Source of the DNA: Chiloscyllium plagiosum
Taxonomy: Eukaryota
DNA length: 64,000 nucleotides
Direction: 5' to 3'
Assembly: GCF_004010195.1 (NCBI RefSeq)
Contig: NC_057720.1
Coordinates: 2,680,669 to 2,744,668, forward strand
The notes beneath the pieces are model-generated. The model saw nothing but the letters and a program-made list of their open reading frames with translations. It was not told where the DNA came from and searched no databases. The position numbers and the translations under genes were made by a program. This document shows, in pieces, positions 47,686 through 61,676 of the stretch; position 1 is the stretch's first letter; each line of letters starts with the position of its first letter.

Positions 47686-48980
47686 GTAAGTAATGTCCTT
47701 CTCCTTCGTCCTGTCATGTGGTCACTTGTTATTTCTCAGGTGGTGGATTTTTAAGTTGCTGTTCCCCAAGCTGCTGCCCATATTCTAACTCACCCTCAGC
47801 CCTGTCTTTCGATCACTCCTTTGATCAGTGAATGGGGAAAGGCAGGCAAGTGGAGTTGAGGATTATCAGGTCAGCCGTGATCTCATTGAGTGGTGGAGAG
47901 GACTCAATGGGCTGAATGGCCTACTGCTGCTCCTATTCCTTATGGTTTAATGGTCCTGATCCAGCAGTGTCTCTGTGGGAACAATGTTAGGATCTGGCAG
48001 GTTTTTGACTGAGGTCTCCACAAGGCTCCTCAGCTGTCCTTCCCATCACCTCCACCAGGCATTGACTCTATCCCATTGCCTTCCTTCCCTTGTCCCACTG
48101 AAGGCCCAGACATGGCCAATTCAGCTCAGAGCTAGGCCATTCTCCATCCTGGCCCCCAGTAAGGAGGGATTGTCTTATGATCAAAGGTTAAACAGGTTGG
48201 GACTCTACTCCCTGGAGTTTAGAAGCATGGGCGGTGATCTCATTGAAACATATCAGATTCTTAAGGGGCTTGACAGGGTCAATGCTGAGAGAGTGCTTCC
48301 CCTCATGGGAGAGTATAGGACCTGGGGATATATTCTCAGAATAAAGGACCACTGATTTAAGTTGGAAATGAGGAGGAATTTCTTCTCTCAGATGGTTATG
48401 AGTCTTTAGAACTCCCTGTCACAGAGAGCTGTGGGGGCAGAGTCCTTGTGTATATTTAAGGTGGACAGAGAGAGATTCTCAATCAGTTGGGAAATCAAGG
48501 GTTCCAGGGAAAAGGCAGGAAATTGGATGTAAGATACTAAATGCTGGGTTTCCTCTGATAGTCCAAAGATGTGCAGGTTAGTGAATTGGCCATGGGAAAT
48601 GCAGGGTTCAGTGATACATTCAGAGCCTGGGTCTGGGTAGAATGCTCCTCACAGGGTTAGTGAAAAATCAATGGCCTGTTTACATACTTTAGGGATTCTA
48701 TTGAATGGTGAAGCAGGCTCGAGGGGCTGAACAGCCTCCTCCTGGAGTATGGTGTTGACCAACAGGAATAGTTCAGGGAGCTGGGAGGAACTCTGACAGA
48801 CCAGGTCCCTGAGGGGAAGGTAGGGTCATGGAAGAAGAGGTGGGAGCAGTCTCTTGGCTGTCCTTACCTGGTCTGGCCTACATGTGACTCCAGACCCACA
48901 GCAAATGAAAACAGAAATGGCTTGTGAAACTCAGCAGGTTTGGCAACATCTGAGTTAACGTTTGAGTCCATTGAGCCTTT

Positions 48981-49297
48981 TAGATTAGATTCCCTACAGT
49001 GTGGAAACAGGCCCTTTGGCCCAACAAGTCCACACCAACCCTCCGAAGAGTAACTCACCCAGACTCATTTCCCTACATTTACCCCTGGCTAATGCACATA
49101 ACACTACGGGAAATTTAGCATGGCCAATTCACCTGACCTGCACATCTTTGGACTGTGAGAGGAAACTGGAGCACCCGGAGGAAACCCACGCAGACACGGG
49201 GAGAATGTGCAAACTCCACACAGACAGTCACCCGAGGCTGGAATCGAACCCACATCCCTGGCGCTGTGAGGCAGCAGTGCTAACCATTGAACTGCCC
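48981..49297 (-). mobile_element. V-SINE (HE1-like)
   Basis: Full head, V-domain and tail on the minus strand. Confidence 0.88.
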
Positions 49298-50124
49298 TTC
49301 TTCAGTGCTGACTCTTAACTAGGCAATTACGGATGGAAAATAAATGCTGGCCCAGCCAGCGTTGCCCACATCCCATGGACAAACTTTTTAAAAACTCTCC
49401 CCACTCGCTGGGGAAGGACGTTGCCCTTATATTTCTGATTGGATTCATTCATGATAAGGAATCCTGCAGCAAGTAACTCACCTCCTGACTCCCCAAAGTC
49501 CTGCCCACCATCTACAAGGCACAGGTCAGGAGTGTGATAGATTATTCCCCACTTGCCTGGATGGGTGCACCTCCAACTCACCACCAGCTTCTCAAGGACA
49601 ACTAGGAACAGGCAATAAATACTGTGACGCCCATGTCCATCGAGTGAGTAAAGAAATGATTATCTTTTACTTACATTCTCTATTCTGAGCTCTCAACAAT
49701 TCATAACATAACATCCATATGTTCTATCAAACTTTTCCTAAAGTTAAAAACCTCTATTAATTGACCCATCATCCCTCAGGCTCTTTGCGAATGCAAATGT
49801 TGTTGCAATATGAGCCACACTGGTTTCACGTACAATTGCCATTAGGAGAAAGAACAGATTTATTTTCTTGGCAGGGATTTCAAACTCTTGCTGTTTAGCT
49901 GCTCTTTGCTGTAATCCCTCGCCTGCTACTGGTCAGACTCTGATACAGCCCTGGGCCTGGAAATAACTCGTGTCGATGAATGACAAGTAGTCTGCCGCTT
50001 TACCCACACAACCCCACCCCAGCCCAAAAAACCCTCACCCTGACCCCTCACTCCACACCCCAAGGCTCACCCCACCCCCCCACTCCCATATCCTTCACCC
50101 TGCCCCACTCCCTCATTTTGAGAG

Positions 50125-50705
50125 GGCGAGGGTATAAGAGCAGGGATGTCTAAGGCTCTGGTCAGACCTTAATTTGAAATAATGTGAGTCGTTTTGGCCC
50201 CCGTATGTAAGGAAGGAGGTGCTGGTGTTGGAGGGGGATGTGGAGGAGGTTTACAGGAATGATCCTGGCGATGAAGGGCTTGTCACATAATGAGCAGTTG
50301 AGGATTCTGGGTGTGCACTCAGTGGAATTTAGAAGGATGAGGGGGGTATCTGATTGAAACTTACTGAATACTGAGAGGCCTGGATAGAGTGGACGTGGAG
50401 AAGATGTTTCCACTAGTAGGCGAGACTAGGGCCCGAGGGCACAGCCTCAGAGTGAAGGGGCGACCCTTTAGAACTGAGATGAGGAGGAATTTCTTCAGCC
50501 AGAGGGTGGGGAATCTGTGGAACTCATTGCTGCAAAGGGCTAGGGAGGTCAAGTCATTGAGTGTCTTTAAGACAGAGACGGGTTCCCGATTGGTTAAGGG
50601 AAAGAGGCAGGAGAATGGGTTTGAGAAACATATAAACCATGATTGAATGGCAGAGCAGACTCGATGGGCCGAATGGCCTAATTCTGCTCCCGTATCTTAT
50701 GGAGA
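50125..50705 (+). mobile_element. CR1/L2-group LINE 3' fragment; related copies about 48160-48530(+) and 52235-52685(-)
   Basis: TRARGHSLRVKGRPFRTEMRRNFFSQRVGNLWNSL. Confidence 0.85.
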
Positions 50706-51665
50706 GTTTGGACAAACGAGGACCGACTGGGCCAGTACCCATTGGAGTTTAGAAGAGTAAGAGATGAAACAGAAAAGACCCTGAGGGTCCTGATGGGATG
50801 AATGTGAAAAGGATGCTTCTCCCTTCTTGCAGAAGCAGCATCCTTGAATATTTTTAAGACAGAGGTAGATTAATTCTTGTTAAGCAGAGAAATTGAAGGT
50901 TATCAGGGACAGACAGCAATGTGGATACGAGGTTACAGTCAGATCATGAAGGAAGGAGAAGACTCAATGGGCTGAATGGCCTACTTCAGATCCTAATTCA
51001 TCTGTCCATGTACTCGATTGGCGTTAGACACCCAACTGTTCATTAATGCCCATCACGGAATGCCCTTACCTAGTTTGACCACCATGTGACTCCAGACCCA
51101 CAGCAAACTGGGTGTTTTTTTATTCATTTACAGGATAAGGGCCTTACTGACTAGGCCAGCATTTATTGCCGATCCTTACTTGCACAGACAGCAGTTAAGA
51201 GTCAACCACGTTGCAGTCAGTCTGGAGTCACCTGTAGACCAGACCAGGAGATCCTTGGCCTGAGTGACATTTGTGAACCTGATGGGTTTTCCTGACAATT
51301 GGCAACAGTTTCATGGGCATCTTTAGACTCTTATTTCAAAACTTCTCTTGAATTTGAATTCCACCGTGGTGGGGTTCGAACCCCAGTTCCCAGAACATTA
51401 CCTGCTTTGGTGGATTAATAGTCTAGCGATAAGGTCGCTGAGCCATTGGCTCCCCAAAATGGCCAAGTCCGTCAGAGAATTATATTTGAGAAAGTGACTC
51501 ATCACCACTTTTTCACAGGTAATTAAGGATGAGCAGAAACTGCTGATAGTGACCTCCACATGTTTCCTTTCAATAAATCTAGGATTGTGCCCAAGGTGGC
51601 CCCTTTGGTCTGTTATTTTTTTTGATGGTGGTCTGTATTTTAATGTCCGATGTTTCTCTTTGCAG

Positions 51666-51719
51666 GGTCCTCCCGGGCTGGCTGGAAATCCTGGAGTGAG
51701 TGGATACCCAGGCAGGCAG
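51666..51719 (+). CDS. col24a1: Collagen exon, 54 bp, GPPGLAGNPGVSGYPGRQ
   Basis: Acceptor tttctctttgcAG, donor GTgcag; ends in GYPGRQ as in recalled COL24A1/COL27A1. Confidence 0.9.
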
Positions 51720-54156
51720 GTGCAGTAACTACACTTTGGATTTTACACTGGGGTCAGGCTGCTTCCGCCTCAGTCCCACAATCGACGAATCTCGGCCTTT
51801 CTTTACACCTTCGTATACCCTTGCTGGATTTGCATATGTCAAGCTTTTGTTTGGTGCCTAGAACATGAATCATACTGAAAAGGGAGACTTGCTGTTGCAC
51901 CTTCTCATCAGGACCAAATGCCCAACTTCAAGTGATGGTGACAGCTTTTACTGCAAGAGAAATGAGGTGCTGATTGGCTGATAAATTGGCTGAGGTGTTT
52001 ATATGAAGAAAGCAATGGGGAACTCCCTAAGTTCCTCTATAATTTTATTTAAATTGGTGCAAATTCCTTTGATTTGCATACATTGGCTCCCTGTTGAAGA
52101 ATGTGTGTCATTTCGAGGAAGCTAAACTGCTTTTCTTAAATTGGTACTAGTGTAGATAGTGGCACATTTGGGATTGTTGAACATGTACAATATTAGAGGC
52201 ACATCCATCAGTATTGATTTGACCATAATTCATAGGTGTGGAAGCAAGGCCTTTCGGTCCATCGAGTCCACTCTGCCATTTAATCATGGCTGGTGGGCAT
52301 TTCAATTCCACTTGCCCACACTCTCCCCCTAGCCCTTAATTCCTTGCGAGATTGAGAATTTATCAATCTCTGCCTTGAAGACACCCAACATCCCGCCTCC
52401 ACTGCGCTCTATGGCAATGAATTCCACAGGCCCACCACTCTCTGCCTGAAGAAATGTCTTCTCATTTCCATTCTAAATTGATCCCCTCTAATTCTAAGGC
52501 TGTGCCCATGGGTCCAAAACTCCCCACCTAACGGAAGCAGCCTCCCAGCGTTCACTCTTTCTGAGCCATGCATTATCTTGTAAGTTTCTATTAGATCTCC
52601 AGTCAATCTTCAAAGCCCTAATGAATTCAATCCCAGGATCCCTAGCTAATCATCATATATTAGGCCTACCATTCCAGGGATCATCTGATTTGATGTTGGA
52701 TTTTGAAAGGGGGGTTAGTTGGACAGTCTGTATTGTGTCCATTATGAAATACTGAAGAAACATTGCTGGTTTTGATTTTAGAAGTAAAGGGACTCTAGTT
52801 TAAATTTGCATAAAAGTAAATCATAGTCAGATTTTGCCACATGTTAGAGGACCAATTTGCTTGACAAATAGGATTTTATTTCTTGTTCATTGATGAAACC
52901 TGGAGTGAGTTTCCTTTACTTTAGACAATGTCCATAATCAGGCATTAACCTTGAAGACAAAGTCCAGAGTTAGGATATTAGCAACAATCCACTTCTACCT
53001 GGAATTCTTCAATAGGATTAATCCTTTTCCAAAATGAAAGACCAGAAGGGTCACTTTGGGATAAGGGTGACTTCAGACCAAGGAGCCACCAATAAAAGGC
53101 TGATGTCCCTCCAGAGTACACATTGTAGTCATGAACAACGATAATTCAGATGAGGTTTGAGGGGCTGAATGGCTCACTTTTATCCCGATTTTTGAATGGT
53201 TAAATTAGACAGAAATTAAACCATACCGGACTTGGCCATATTTCACATTTTGACGATTGTGGAAAATAAGGCTGGAATTCCAACTCACTGTTCTGACCAG
53301 GATTGTGACAGCATTGACTGGTGAAGTTAGGCTTATGATAGGCTAACTCATTGGTGGATTTGAGAAATGCACAAAAACTAACTGAATAAATCGTTTTAAG
53401 TCTAATTCTGATTGATCACTGCCAAGTGTGTAAAATATAAAGGAAGAATAATGGCTGAAGTTAAGACATGATGGCATTTAGGATAGAACAGATTCCTGAG
53501 GCTGAATGGCCTCCTCCTGCGCCAATCCTCTTTGACCCACGTTGCTTGTGCAGTCAAAATGTTACATCGTGGAGTAAAACAACAACATAAGGTGGCATTT
53601 GAATTTTGAGAGCAATTTGTAAGTTGTCATATGGTGTCCGCAGTTCTTATTAACTGAAAGGCTGTGTAAATCCTGCTCATAGTTGGTAGGGAGGTTTTTG
53701 AGAGTTAGTGCCACCATGCCTCTCAACGTTAATTTTGTTAAGAGCAAGTGCAATGTCAAAGGGAATCAGGGAAGACTCGAGGAGGATATTTTTTCCATGC
53801 GTGCCAGCTCTCCATTCTCATGAACAATTAGGGGAATCAGGTCCCACCATGTGAGAGGCAGGCACCCGGCTGAGACAATCTCCAGTTGGATAGTGAGGAG
53901 GCGAGCTCACTCTCCAGCACAGTGTTGTGAAAGCTGGGGTCCAATTGAACATCCTCTGGTACTGAAAAAGCGACAGGTTGACCTCTCAAAAAAGTGAGAG
54001 GGATAAAAAGAGAATGTGGCTGTGCCAAGATGGTGGTACCTCTAATCCAAGCCTTTTAACCTTAAACTGAAACCTGGCCTCAGCAATTGGACTGTCTTTG
54101 TGGAGGGGAACCTACAATCTTAACTACTAATATGTTGTTTCCTCTCTTTATTGCAG

Positions 54157-54201
54157 GGTTTAGTTGGGCCCAAGGGAAAGCCTGGCCCGAAAGGTAGACG
54201 G
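54157..54201 (+). CDS. col24a1: Collagen exon, 45 bp, GLVGPKGKPGPKGRR
   Basis: Acceptor ctctttattgcAG, donor GTgagt; matches recalled GLAGPEGNPGPKGAQ. Confidence 0.9.
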
Positions 54202-55907
54202 GTGAGTACATCTTTGTAGATGCTTGAAGAATAACAGCAAGTGCGATGTAAAACAAGGAAGAGCTAAAACAGGCCATTCAGCCCCACCCATCCCCATTCA
54301 ACAAGTTTATGGCTGTCATCCAGCTCAACTCCACCAACCCACTCTCTTCCCATGTTTCTTAATTCCTTTAATACCTAAAGAAACATACATCAGACATAGG
54401 AGCAGGCCATTCAACCCTTCGAATCTACTTCACCATTCATTGTGACTGTGGCTGTTTGTCCAACTCAACAGTATGTTCCCTCACCTCCTTTGATCCCATT
54501 AGCCTCCAGTGCTGTATCTAACTCCTTCTTGAAGGTTTTGGCATTGATTGCTTTCTGTGGTAACGAATCCACTCTCTGGGTGAAGAAATTTCTCCTCAGC
54601 TCAGTATCGATCTTTGTGCTGAATACATTCGATGACTGGTCATCCAAAGAGAATTGCAAAGATTGATAAGTGAATTTATAGATCAACGAGTGAAGAAATG
54701 TTTCCACATCTCAGTACTGTAGATCCCGCATTCTAAATTCCCTTTCCAGAAGAAGACTTTCTAACATCCAAGGAATATTATTATCTCAGAACACCTGGAT
54801 AAGACAGATCCCAGAAGAAATCCTGACTTGATAGGTCACATGTTATTGTATTTTTGTTTAGTTAGTTAAGGTGGTAGCTAGTCACTGAGACATATTTACA
54901 TCTGAGGCAGTTAGAGACGGATAATAAACACTGGCCTGGATAGTGACACCAGCATCACATGAATGAATTGTAAAAAACAGTGTATTATATATAGATATAA
55001 CTTTTTGGAGTTTGAATTTCAAAATAGTGGTATCTGGGTGTTTAGCATCAGGAATAACAGCAGTTCAAGAAGGGAGCTCACCCTCACCTTTTCCAAGCAA
55101 TAAATGCAGGCCCAGCCTGTGGCGCCCACATCCCATGAGCCTGTAAATAAAACATGAACAGTTTCTCAAATATAAATATTGCTTTTCTGAACCTTGCAGC
55201 ACAGAAGATTCCATTCAGCCCATTAGGTTTTTGTCTCCTTTGAAGAGTAATCCAATTACTCGCACTCACCCACCACTCTCAATTCGTTTTGCAAATTACT
55301 ATCGAATATGCATCCGCTGCCCTATCAGGAGACTCTATTGCAAATCCAAACTACTCTCCGGATAAAGGAAAAGATGTCTTCTTGTCACCTCTCACAATTA
55401 GTCAATCATAAGAAGTTGAAGATCTATATATTTATTGGTTTTGAGTCATCCATTTAGAACGCATCCACCAAATTTCCTGCTAGTTTTGCTCTCTTCAACA
55501 ACAAGCCAGGTTTCACCCCAGGGCATCAATGTGGACTTCAACATTCCCTCATTTCCCCTTCCCCCACCTCACCCTAGTTCTAAACTTCCAGCTCAGCACT
55601 GTCCCCATGACTTGTCCTACCTGCCTATCTCCTTTTCCACCTATCCACTCCACTGCTGTGCTCTTCCAGCACCACTAATCCAGAATCAGTTTTCAGCCTT
55701 ATCCATCTCCCTGGAGACACTTTTAGACACTTCCTGTCCATCCTCTCCACATTCTTCCCAAACGATTATGCCCAGAATTGAATACTGCAGCTGGAATGAG
55801 AGATTTATAAATGTCTACCATAACCTCTTGGATTCTGCTCTGCATGCTTCTATTTATAAAGTCCAGGTCCCACATACTTCATTAGCTTCTCCGTTAACCT
55901 CCATTAA

Positions 55908-58537
55908 CATGTGAGTATCAGAAACAAGAGTGATGAACTTAGAGCATGGATCAGTACTTGGGGCTACGATGTTGTGGCCATAACGGAGACGTGGGTTTCA
56001 CGAGGACAGGATTGGTTGCTTGATGTTCCAGGGTTTAGAATGTTTAAAAAGAATAGGGAGGGTGGAAAAAGAGGAGGGGGATGTAGCATTGCTAATCAGA
56101 GAGTGCATCACAGCTACAGAAACGAAGGTTGTTGAGGAAGGTTTGTCAGTATGGGTCGAAGTTAGGAACAGCAAGGGAACAGCTCAGTCCATTTCTGGGA
56201 GTTTTCCACAGACTCCCTAATAGCAGTAGGGAGATTGAAGATCTCATAGGCAGGCAGATTCTGGAAAAATGCAAAAGTAGCAGAGTTGTTGTTATGGGTG
56301 ACTTCAACTTTCCTAATATCGATTGGAACCTCCCAAGTGCAGATGGTTTGGATGGAGCCGTTTTTGTCAGGTGTGTTCGGGAGGGTTTCCTTACTCAGTA
56401 TGGAGACAGGCCGACGAGGGGAGAGGCCATTTTGGATTTGGTGCTCGGAAAAGAGCCAGGACAGGTGTTCAGATCTCGCGGTGGGTGAACACTTTGGTGA
56501 CAGTGATCACAACTGCCTCACATTTACCATAGCCATGGAGAGGGAAAGGAGCAGTTACTGAGGGAAGATATTTAATTGAGGAAAAGGAAATTATGTCGCT
56601 ATCAGACAGGAGTTGGGAACTACAGACTGGGAGCAATTATTCCACAGAAAGGGCACAGCAGACATGTGGAGACTGTTTAAGGAGCAGTTGTTGTGAGTGA
56701 TGCACAAATTTGTTCCTCTGAGACAGGCAAGAAGGGGTAAGATTAAGGAACCTTGGATGACGAGAACCGAGGAGCTTCTCGTCAAAAGGAAGCAGTTTAC
56801 GTAAGGTGGAGGAAGCAAGGGTCTAGCACAGCTTTAAAGGATTACAGGCTTGCTAGAAAGGAGCTCAGAAATGGCCTGAGGAGAGCCAGGAGGGGGCATG
56901 AAAAAGGCTTGGCAGGAAGGATTAGGGGAGAAACCAAAGGCATTTTACTCATATGTGAGGAATAAGAGAAAGATCAGGGAGAAGGTCGAGCCGATCAGTT
57001 GAGGGATAGGATTTGTGACTGTTTGGCAAAGCATAGTGTGATTAAAGGCAGTCAGCATGGCTTTGTAAGGGGCAGGTCATGCCTCACAAATCTTATTGAG
57101 TTCTTTGAGGAGGTGACAAGACAGGTTGATGAACGTTGAGCAGTGGATGTGGTGTATATGGGCTTCAGCAAGGCATTTGATAAGGTTCTCCATGACAGGC
57201 TCATTTACAAAGTCAGGAAGTATGGGATGCAGGGAGATTTGGCTGTCTGGATTCAGAATTGATTGGCTGACAGAAGGCAGAGAGTGGTTGTAGATGGAAA
57301 GTATTCTTCAAAGTTTGTGAGAAGATTTGTAGCTTGGGTGCTTGTTGTTGTGGTTCTGTTCGCCGAGCTGGGAATTTGTGTTGCAGACGTTTCGTCCCCT
57401 GTCTAGGTGACATCCTCAGAGCTTGGGAGCCTCCTGTGAAGCGCTTCTGTGTTGTTTCCTCCGGCATTTGTAGTGGTTTGTATCTGCCGCTTCCGGTTGT
57501 CAGTTCCAGCTGTCCCCAAGGAAAGTATTCTGCCTGGAGCTCAGTGTTGAGTGGGGTCCCTCAGAGCTCTGTTCTTGGGCCTCTGCTCTTTGTAGTTTTT
57601 ATAAATGACTGGGATGAGGAGGTTGAGGGGTGGGTTAGTAAATTTGCTGATGACACAAAGATTGGAGGTGTTGTTGATAGTATTGAGGGCTACTGCAGGC
57701 TCAGTGCAACATAGACAGGATGCAGAGCTGGGCTGAGAAATGGCAGATTGAGTTCAACCTGGATAAATGCGAAGTGATGCATTTTGGAAGGTCAAACTCG
57801 AATGTTGAATATAGGATTAAAGACAGGATACTTTGTAGTGTGGAGGAACAGAGGGATCTGGGTGTACAAGTACATCAATCCCTCAAATTTGCCACCCAAG
57901 TGGATAGGGTTGTTAAGAAAGCATATGGTGTTTTGGCTTTCATTAACAGAGGGATCGAGTTTAAGAGCTGCGAGGTTTTGCTACAGCTCTACAAGTCCCT
58001 GGTGAGACCACACTTGGAATACTGTGTCCAGTTCTGGTCGCCCTACTATAGGAAAGATACAGAGGCTTTGGAGAGGGTGCAAAGAAGGTTTACCAGGATG
58101 CTGCCTGGACTGGAGGGCTCGCCTTATGAAGAGAGGTTGATTAGGCTCGGACTTTTCTCTCTGGAGAGAAGGAGGAAGAGAGGAGACCTGATCGAGGTGT
58201 ACACAATAATGAGAGGAATAGATAGAGACAATAGCCAGAGACGTTACCCCAGGGCAGGATTGACTGGTACGAGGGGTCATAGTTTTAAGATATTAGGAGA
58301 AAGGTATAGAGGAGACTTCAGAGGTAGGTTCTTTGTGAATGTATGGAATGCGTTGCCAGCGATGGTGGTAGAAGCAGAGTCATTAGGGACATTTAAGCGA
58401 CTGCTGGACATGCACATGGATAGCAGTGAGTTGAGGGATGCGTAGGTTAAGTTATTATATTTTACATTGGGATTAAACCTCGGCACAACATCGTGGGCCT
58501 AAAGGCCTGATCTGTGCTGTACTTTTCTATGTTCTAT
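55908..58537 (+). mobile_element. Largest CR1 copy: ORF2 from APE endonuclease to 3' tail, internally deleted and frameshifted
   Basis: [59 protein letters not shown]; 241-aa C-terminal ORF 57720-58445; ttctatgttctat tail. Confidence 0.95.
57308..57519 (-). mobile_element. Penelope fragment (same family as 24193-24506) inside CR1, 12-bp TSD ggaaagtattct
   Basis: TSD 57296-57307 and 57520-57531; minus-strand CTGAGGA-t-GTCaCCT-agac-AGGgGAC-GAAAC-GTC at 57419-57386. Confidence 0.88.
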
Positions 58538-59124
58538 CTTCCCAGAACACCGTCCCGTCCCCGCCTGGGGCATCTTCAATCTCACATCCTCCCCAAACCC
58601 ACTTTAAAGTTGTAAAGCTGCTTTGTCCATCCATCCTAATTTGATCCATCTTGGCATGAATAGTTCAGAAGATTTGGTCCTTACAGTGAGATCTGAATGA
58701 GCATTTGACCAGCTGATGCTTCCTTTTGTACAATTATAGTTGTCAAAGTCGGTAAAATCTCCAGTAAGATTTGAACCCACTGACCCATGCTCGGTGAAGC
58801 TATGGATCTATAAACTGAGCTGTGGAATTGCCCAGACATCTGTAATAGTTGTGCCTCGATTTACAATATTTTAGATTCGCAGTTTGGAAAAAGAAATCAG
58901 CTCCTTAAGGGATTGTTGAAGAATAGAGCTTTTATATTCAATGTTGGATATTTTAATGTGTAAATTGAGCCAGTTCTTCTTGTTGCCCTCAGCATTTTCA
59001 TTTCTGATCACGGACTTTCTCTGTAACAATGAGTATTTCTCATTATATCGATCTTACAACACAGAAGGAGGCTATTCAGTCTTACTGTTCTGTGCTAGTT
59101 TTATGTTCCACACAAATTTCCTCC

Positions 59125-59650
59125 CACACCTTCAACGTTTCACCCCACCCAAACAATCCCACCGCCCCGGGCCGAACACTTTAACTCCCCCTTCCACTTC
59201 CCCAAGGACATGCAGGTCCTGGGCCTCCTCAATCGCCAAACCTTAACCACCTGTTGCCTGGAGGAAGAACACCTCATTTTCTGCCTGGGGACCCTCCAAC
59301 TACATGGGATCAAAGTAGATTTCACCAGTTTCCTCATTTCCCCTCCCCCACCTTATCCCAGTCCCAACGTTTCAACGCAGCATCACCCTGTTTAACTGTC
59401 CTACCTGTCCATCTTCTTTCCCACCTATCTGCTCCGCCCTCCTCTCCGACCTATCACCTTCACCCCACATTTATCTACTAATCGCACTCTCAGCTACCTT
59501 TCCCACAGCCCTACTCCCGTCCCATTTATCTCTCAGCCCCCTTGGGCCACCAGCCTCATTCCTGATTAAGGGCTTATGCCCGAAACGTCGATTCTCCTGC
59601 TCCTTGGATGCTGCCTGACCTGCTGTGCTTTTCCAGCACCACACTCTCAA
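59125..59650 (+). mobile_element. Penelope-like fragment: GIY-YIG C-terminus, UTR and mutated hammerhead
   Basis: LEEEHLIFCLGTLQLHGIKVDF; CTGATTA core variant at 59562. Confidence 0.85.
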
Positions 59651-60685
59651 ATCCCAACCTATCAGTCTATTCTTCTAAACCTTTCTTCCTCATGGATTTA
59701 TCCAGCTTCCATTTAAAGGTATTAATATTCATTCTGACCATTCCCTGTGGAAATTAATCCCACATTCTCCCTGTTCTCTGGATGAAATATTTCCCTACAA
59801 AAGCCAGATAGACTCTGGGATATGGAGAATGGTGAGATCACAGAGCTCTCTCATTTTTATTTGTTCATTCATGGGATGTGGGCATCACCAGCGGCATCAT
59901 GCATTTATTTCCCATCCCTAATTGCCCCTTGAAAGGTGGTAGTGAACTGCCTTCTTGAACCGCTGCAGCCCATGTGCTGTGGGTGAAATAACTCCACAGA
60001 GGCTGAGAATCCATCACCAAGCCCCTCCTTTATTTACAAATCAGGAATCCTCGAAACTGATCCAGCTCCCTCAGGGCCAGCTCTCAGAGTGAACAAAACC
60101 TCAGACACTCCTATTTATATCTGTCAGCCAGGGCTTCCTGATTGGACCAGATTAACAGCCCCAGTCAGGGAACTCACATTTTAGGAGGTCCACCTACATT
60201 ACAATCGCTACAGTAGGTAGCCCCACAATGCCACTGTGATGGGAATTCCAGACATTACAGTGAATACCTTCTACAAAATGCACTGCAGGATTCTCTGACA
60301 GCACCTTCAAAGCCCTGACCGTGACCTCAACTACCAGGAAGGACACAGACAGCAGATACATGGGAACCCCACCCCCCTGAAAGTTCCCCTCCAAACTACT
60401 CACCATCCTGACTTGGAAATATATCACCGTTCCTTCATTGTTGTTTGGTCAAAATCCTGGAACGCCCTGCCTAACGGCATCGTAAGTCTACCCATAGCAC
60501 CTGGACAGCAGTGGTTCATATGCTTTAGGTAGCTCACCCCCACCTTCTCAAGTCGCAATTGGGGATTGATAAGAAATTCTGGCCCAGTCATTGATGCCAA
60601 CATCCTCGCAATGAATAAATAAATCGAGACGCTGCTTTCCCAACAGGGAAAGAGCAATCTTAACTTTGCGGATCATGCTGTGTCG

Positions 60686-60901
60686 GAGAAAGTGAGGACT
60701 GCAGATGCTGGAGTTATCAGGGTCGAGAGTGGGGTGCTGGAAAAGCGCAGTGGGTCAGGCAGCATCCAAGGAGCAGGAGAATTGACATTTCAGGTATAAA
60801 CCTGATGATTTCTGATGAAGGGCTTATGCCTGAAACGTCGATTCTCCTGCTCCACAGATGCTGCCTGACCCGCTGTGCTTTTCCAGCACCCCACTCTCGA
60901 C
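60686..60901. mobile_element. Palindromic Penelope-derived insertion with a + strand hammerhead core at 60812-60839
   Basis: Inverted arms gtcgagagtggggtgctggaaaagc / gcttttccagcaccccactctcgac; CTGATGA-aGGGC-ttat-GCCT-GAAAC-GTC. Confidence 0.8.
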
Positions 60902-61479
60902 CTGGTCTTGCAGTCTGCTCCTCTGATTGGCCATGTCTGTGTCTACCTGCATCAAAATTGAGTCTTGTTTCACATCAAATACCCGAAATTATGTTCGTTA
61001 GAACAGATTACCTCATCATATTTTTGAATTTTACCCTAAAACTATATCCAACAAGCGCAAAGAGAAACCGAAGGAATTACTTTACAATTCCCTACCTAAA
61101 AGTCAATCATGAATTACTCATGTAAAGGTCTCATTTTTTCATGTGGTCTGATAGATGTAACTGTTCATCCATAAAGCCTGCATTTGTACACCACCTTCAG
61201 CATAATAAACTGGTCGACAGGAATGGACTTAATCAATAACCTCTGATGCTGAGCTGAGAAAGGCCAGATGATCTGAAATCAGGTCAAATAAAATTTTCAT
61301 GTGGAAGGAGGAGAGAAGGAGAGGTGGTGAGGATAAGGATAGAATTCCAAATGTGCCAGAGGCCAGAATTGGAGGAGCGCTGAGATGTGTTTGGTAGGAA
61401 TGTTCACGTATTGCTGATGTGCCATCATTGCTATGGAATTATGGGAGCCCCTGTGAGTCATGTTTTTACCAAACAGCAA

Positions 61480-61676
61480 GTCATAGAACATAGAACATAG
61501 AACAATACAGCACAGAACAGGCCCTTCGGCCCACGATATTGTGCCGAACATTTGTCCTAGCTTAAGCACCTATCCATGTACCTATCCAATTGCCGCTTAA
61601 AGGTCACCAATGATTCTGACTCTGCCACTCCCACAGGCAGCGCATTCCATGCCCCCACCACTCTCTGGGTAAAGAA
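61480..61676 (-). mobile_element. Young CR1 3' end running into the gap
   Basis: FFTQRVVGAWNALP; (catagaa)n tail. Confidence 0.9.

Noticed and set aside
57720..58445. 241-aa ORF as an active RT or host gene
   Set aside because: Only the C-terminus of a frameshifted, deleted and interrupted CR1 ORF2
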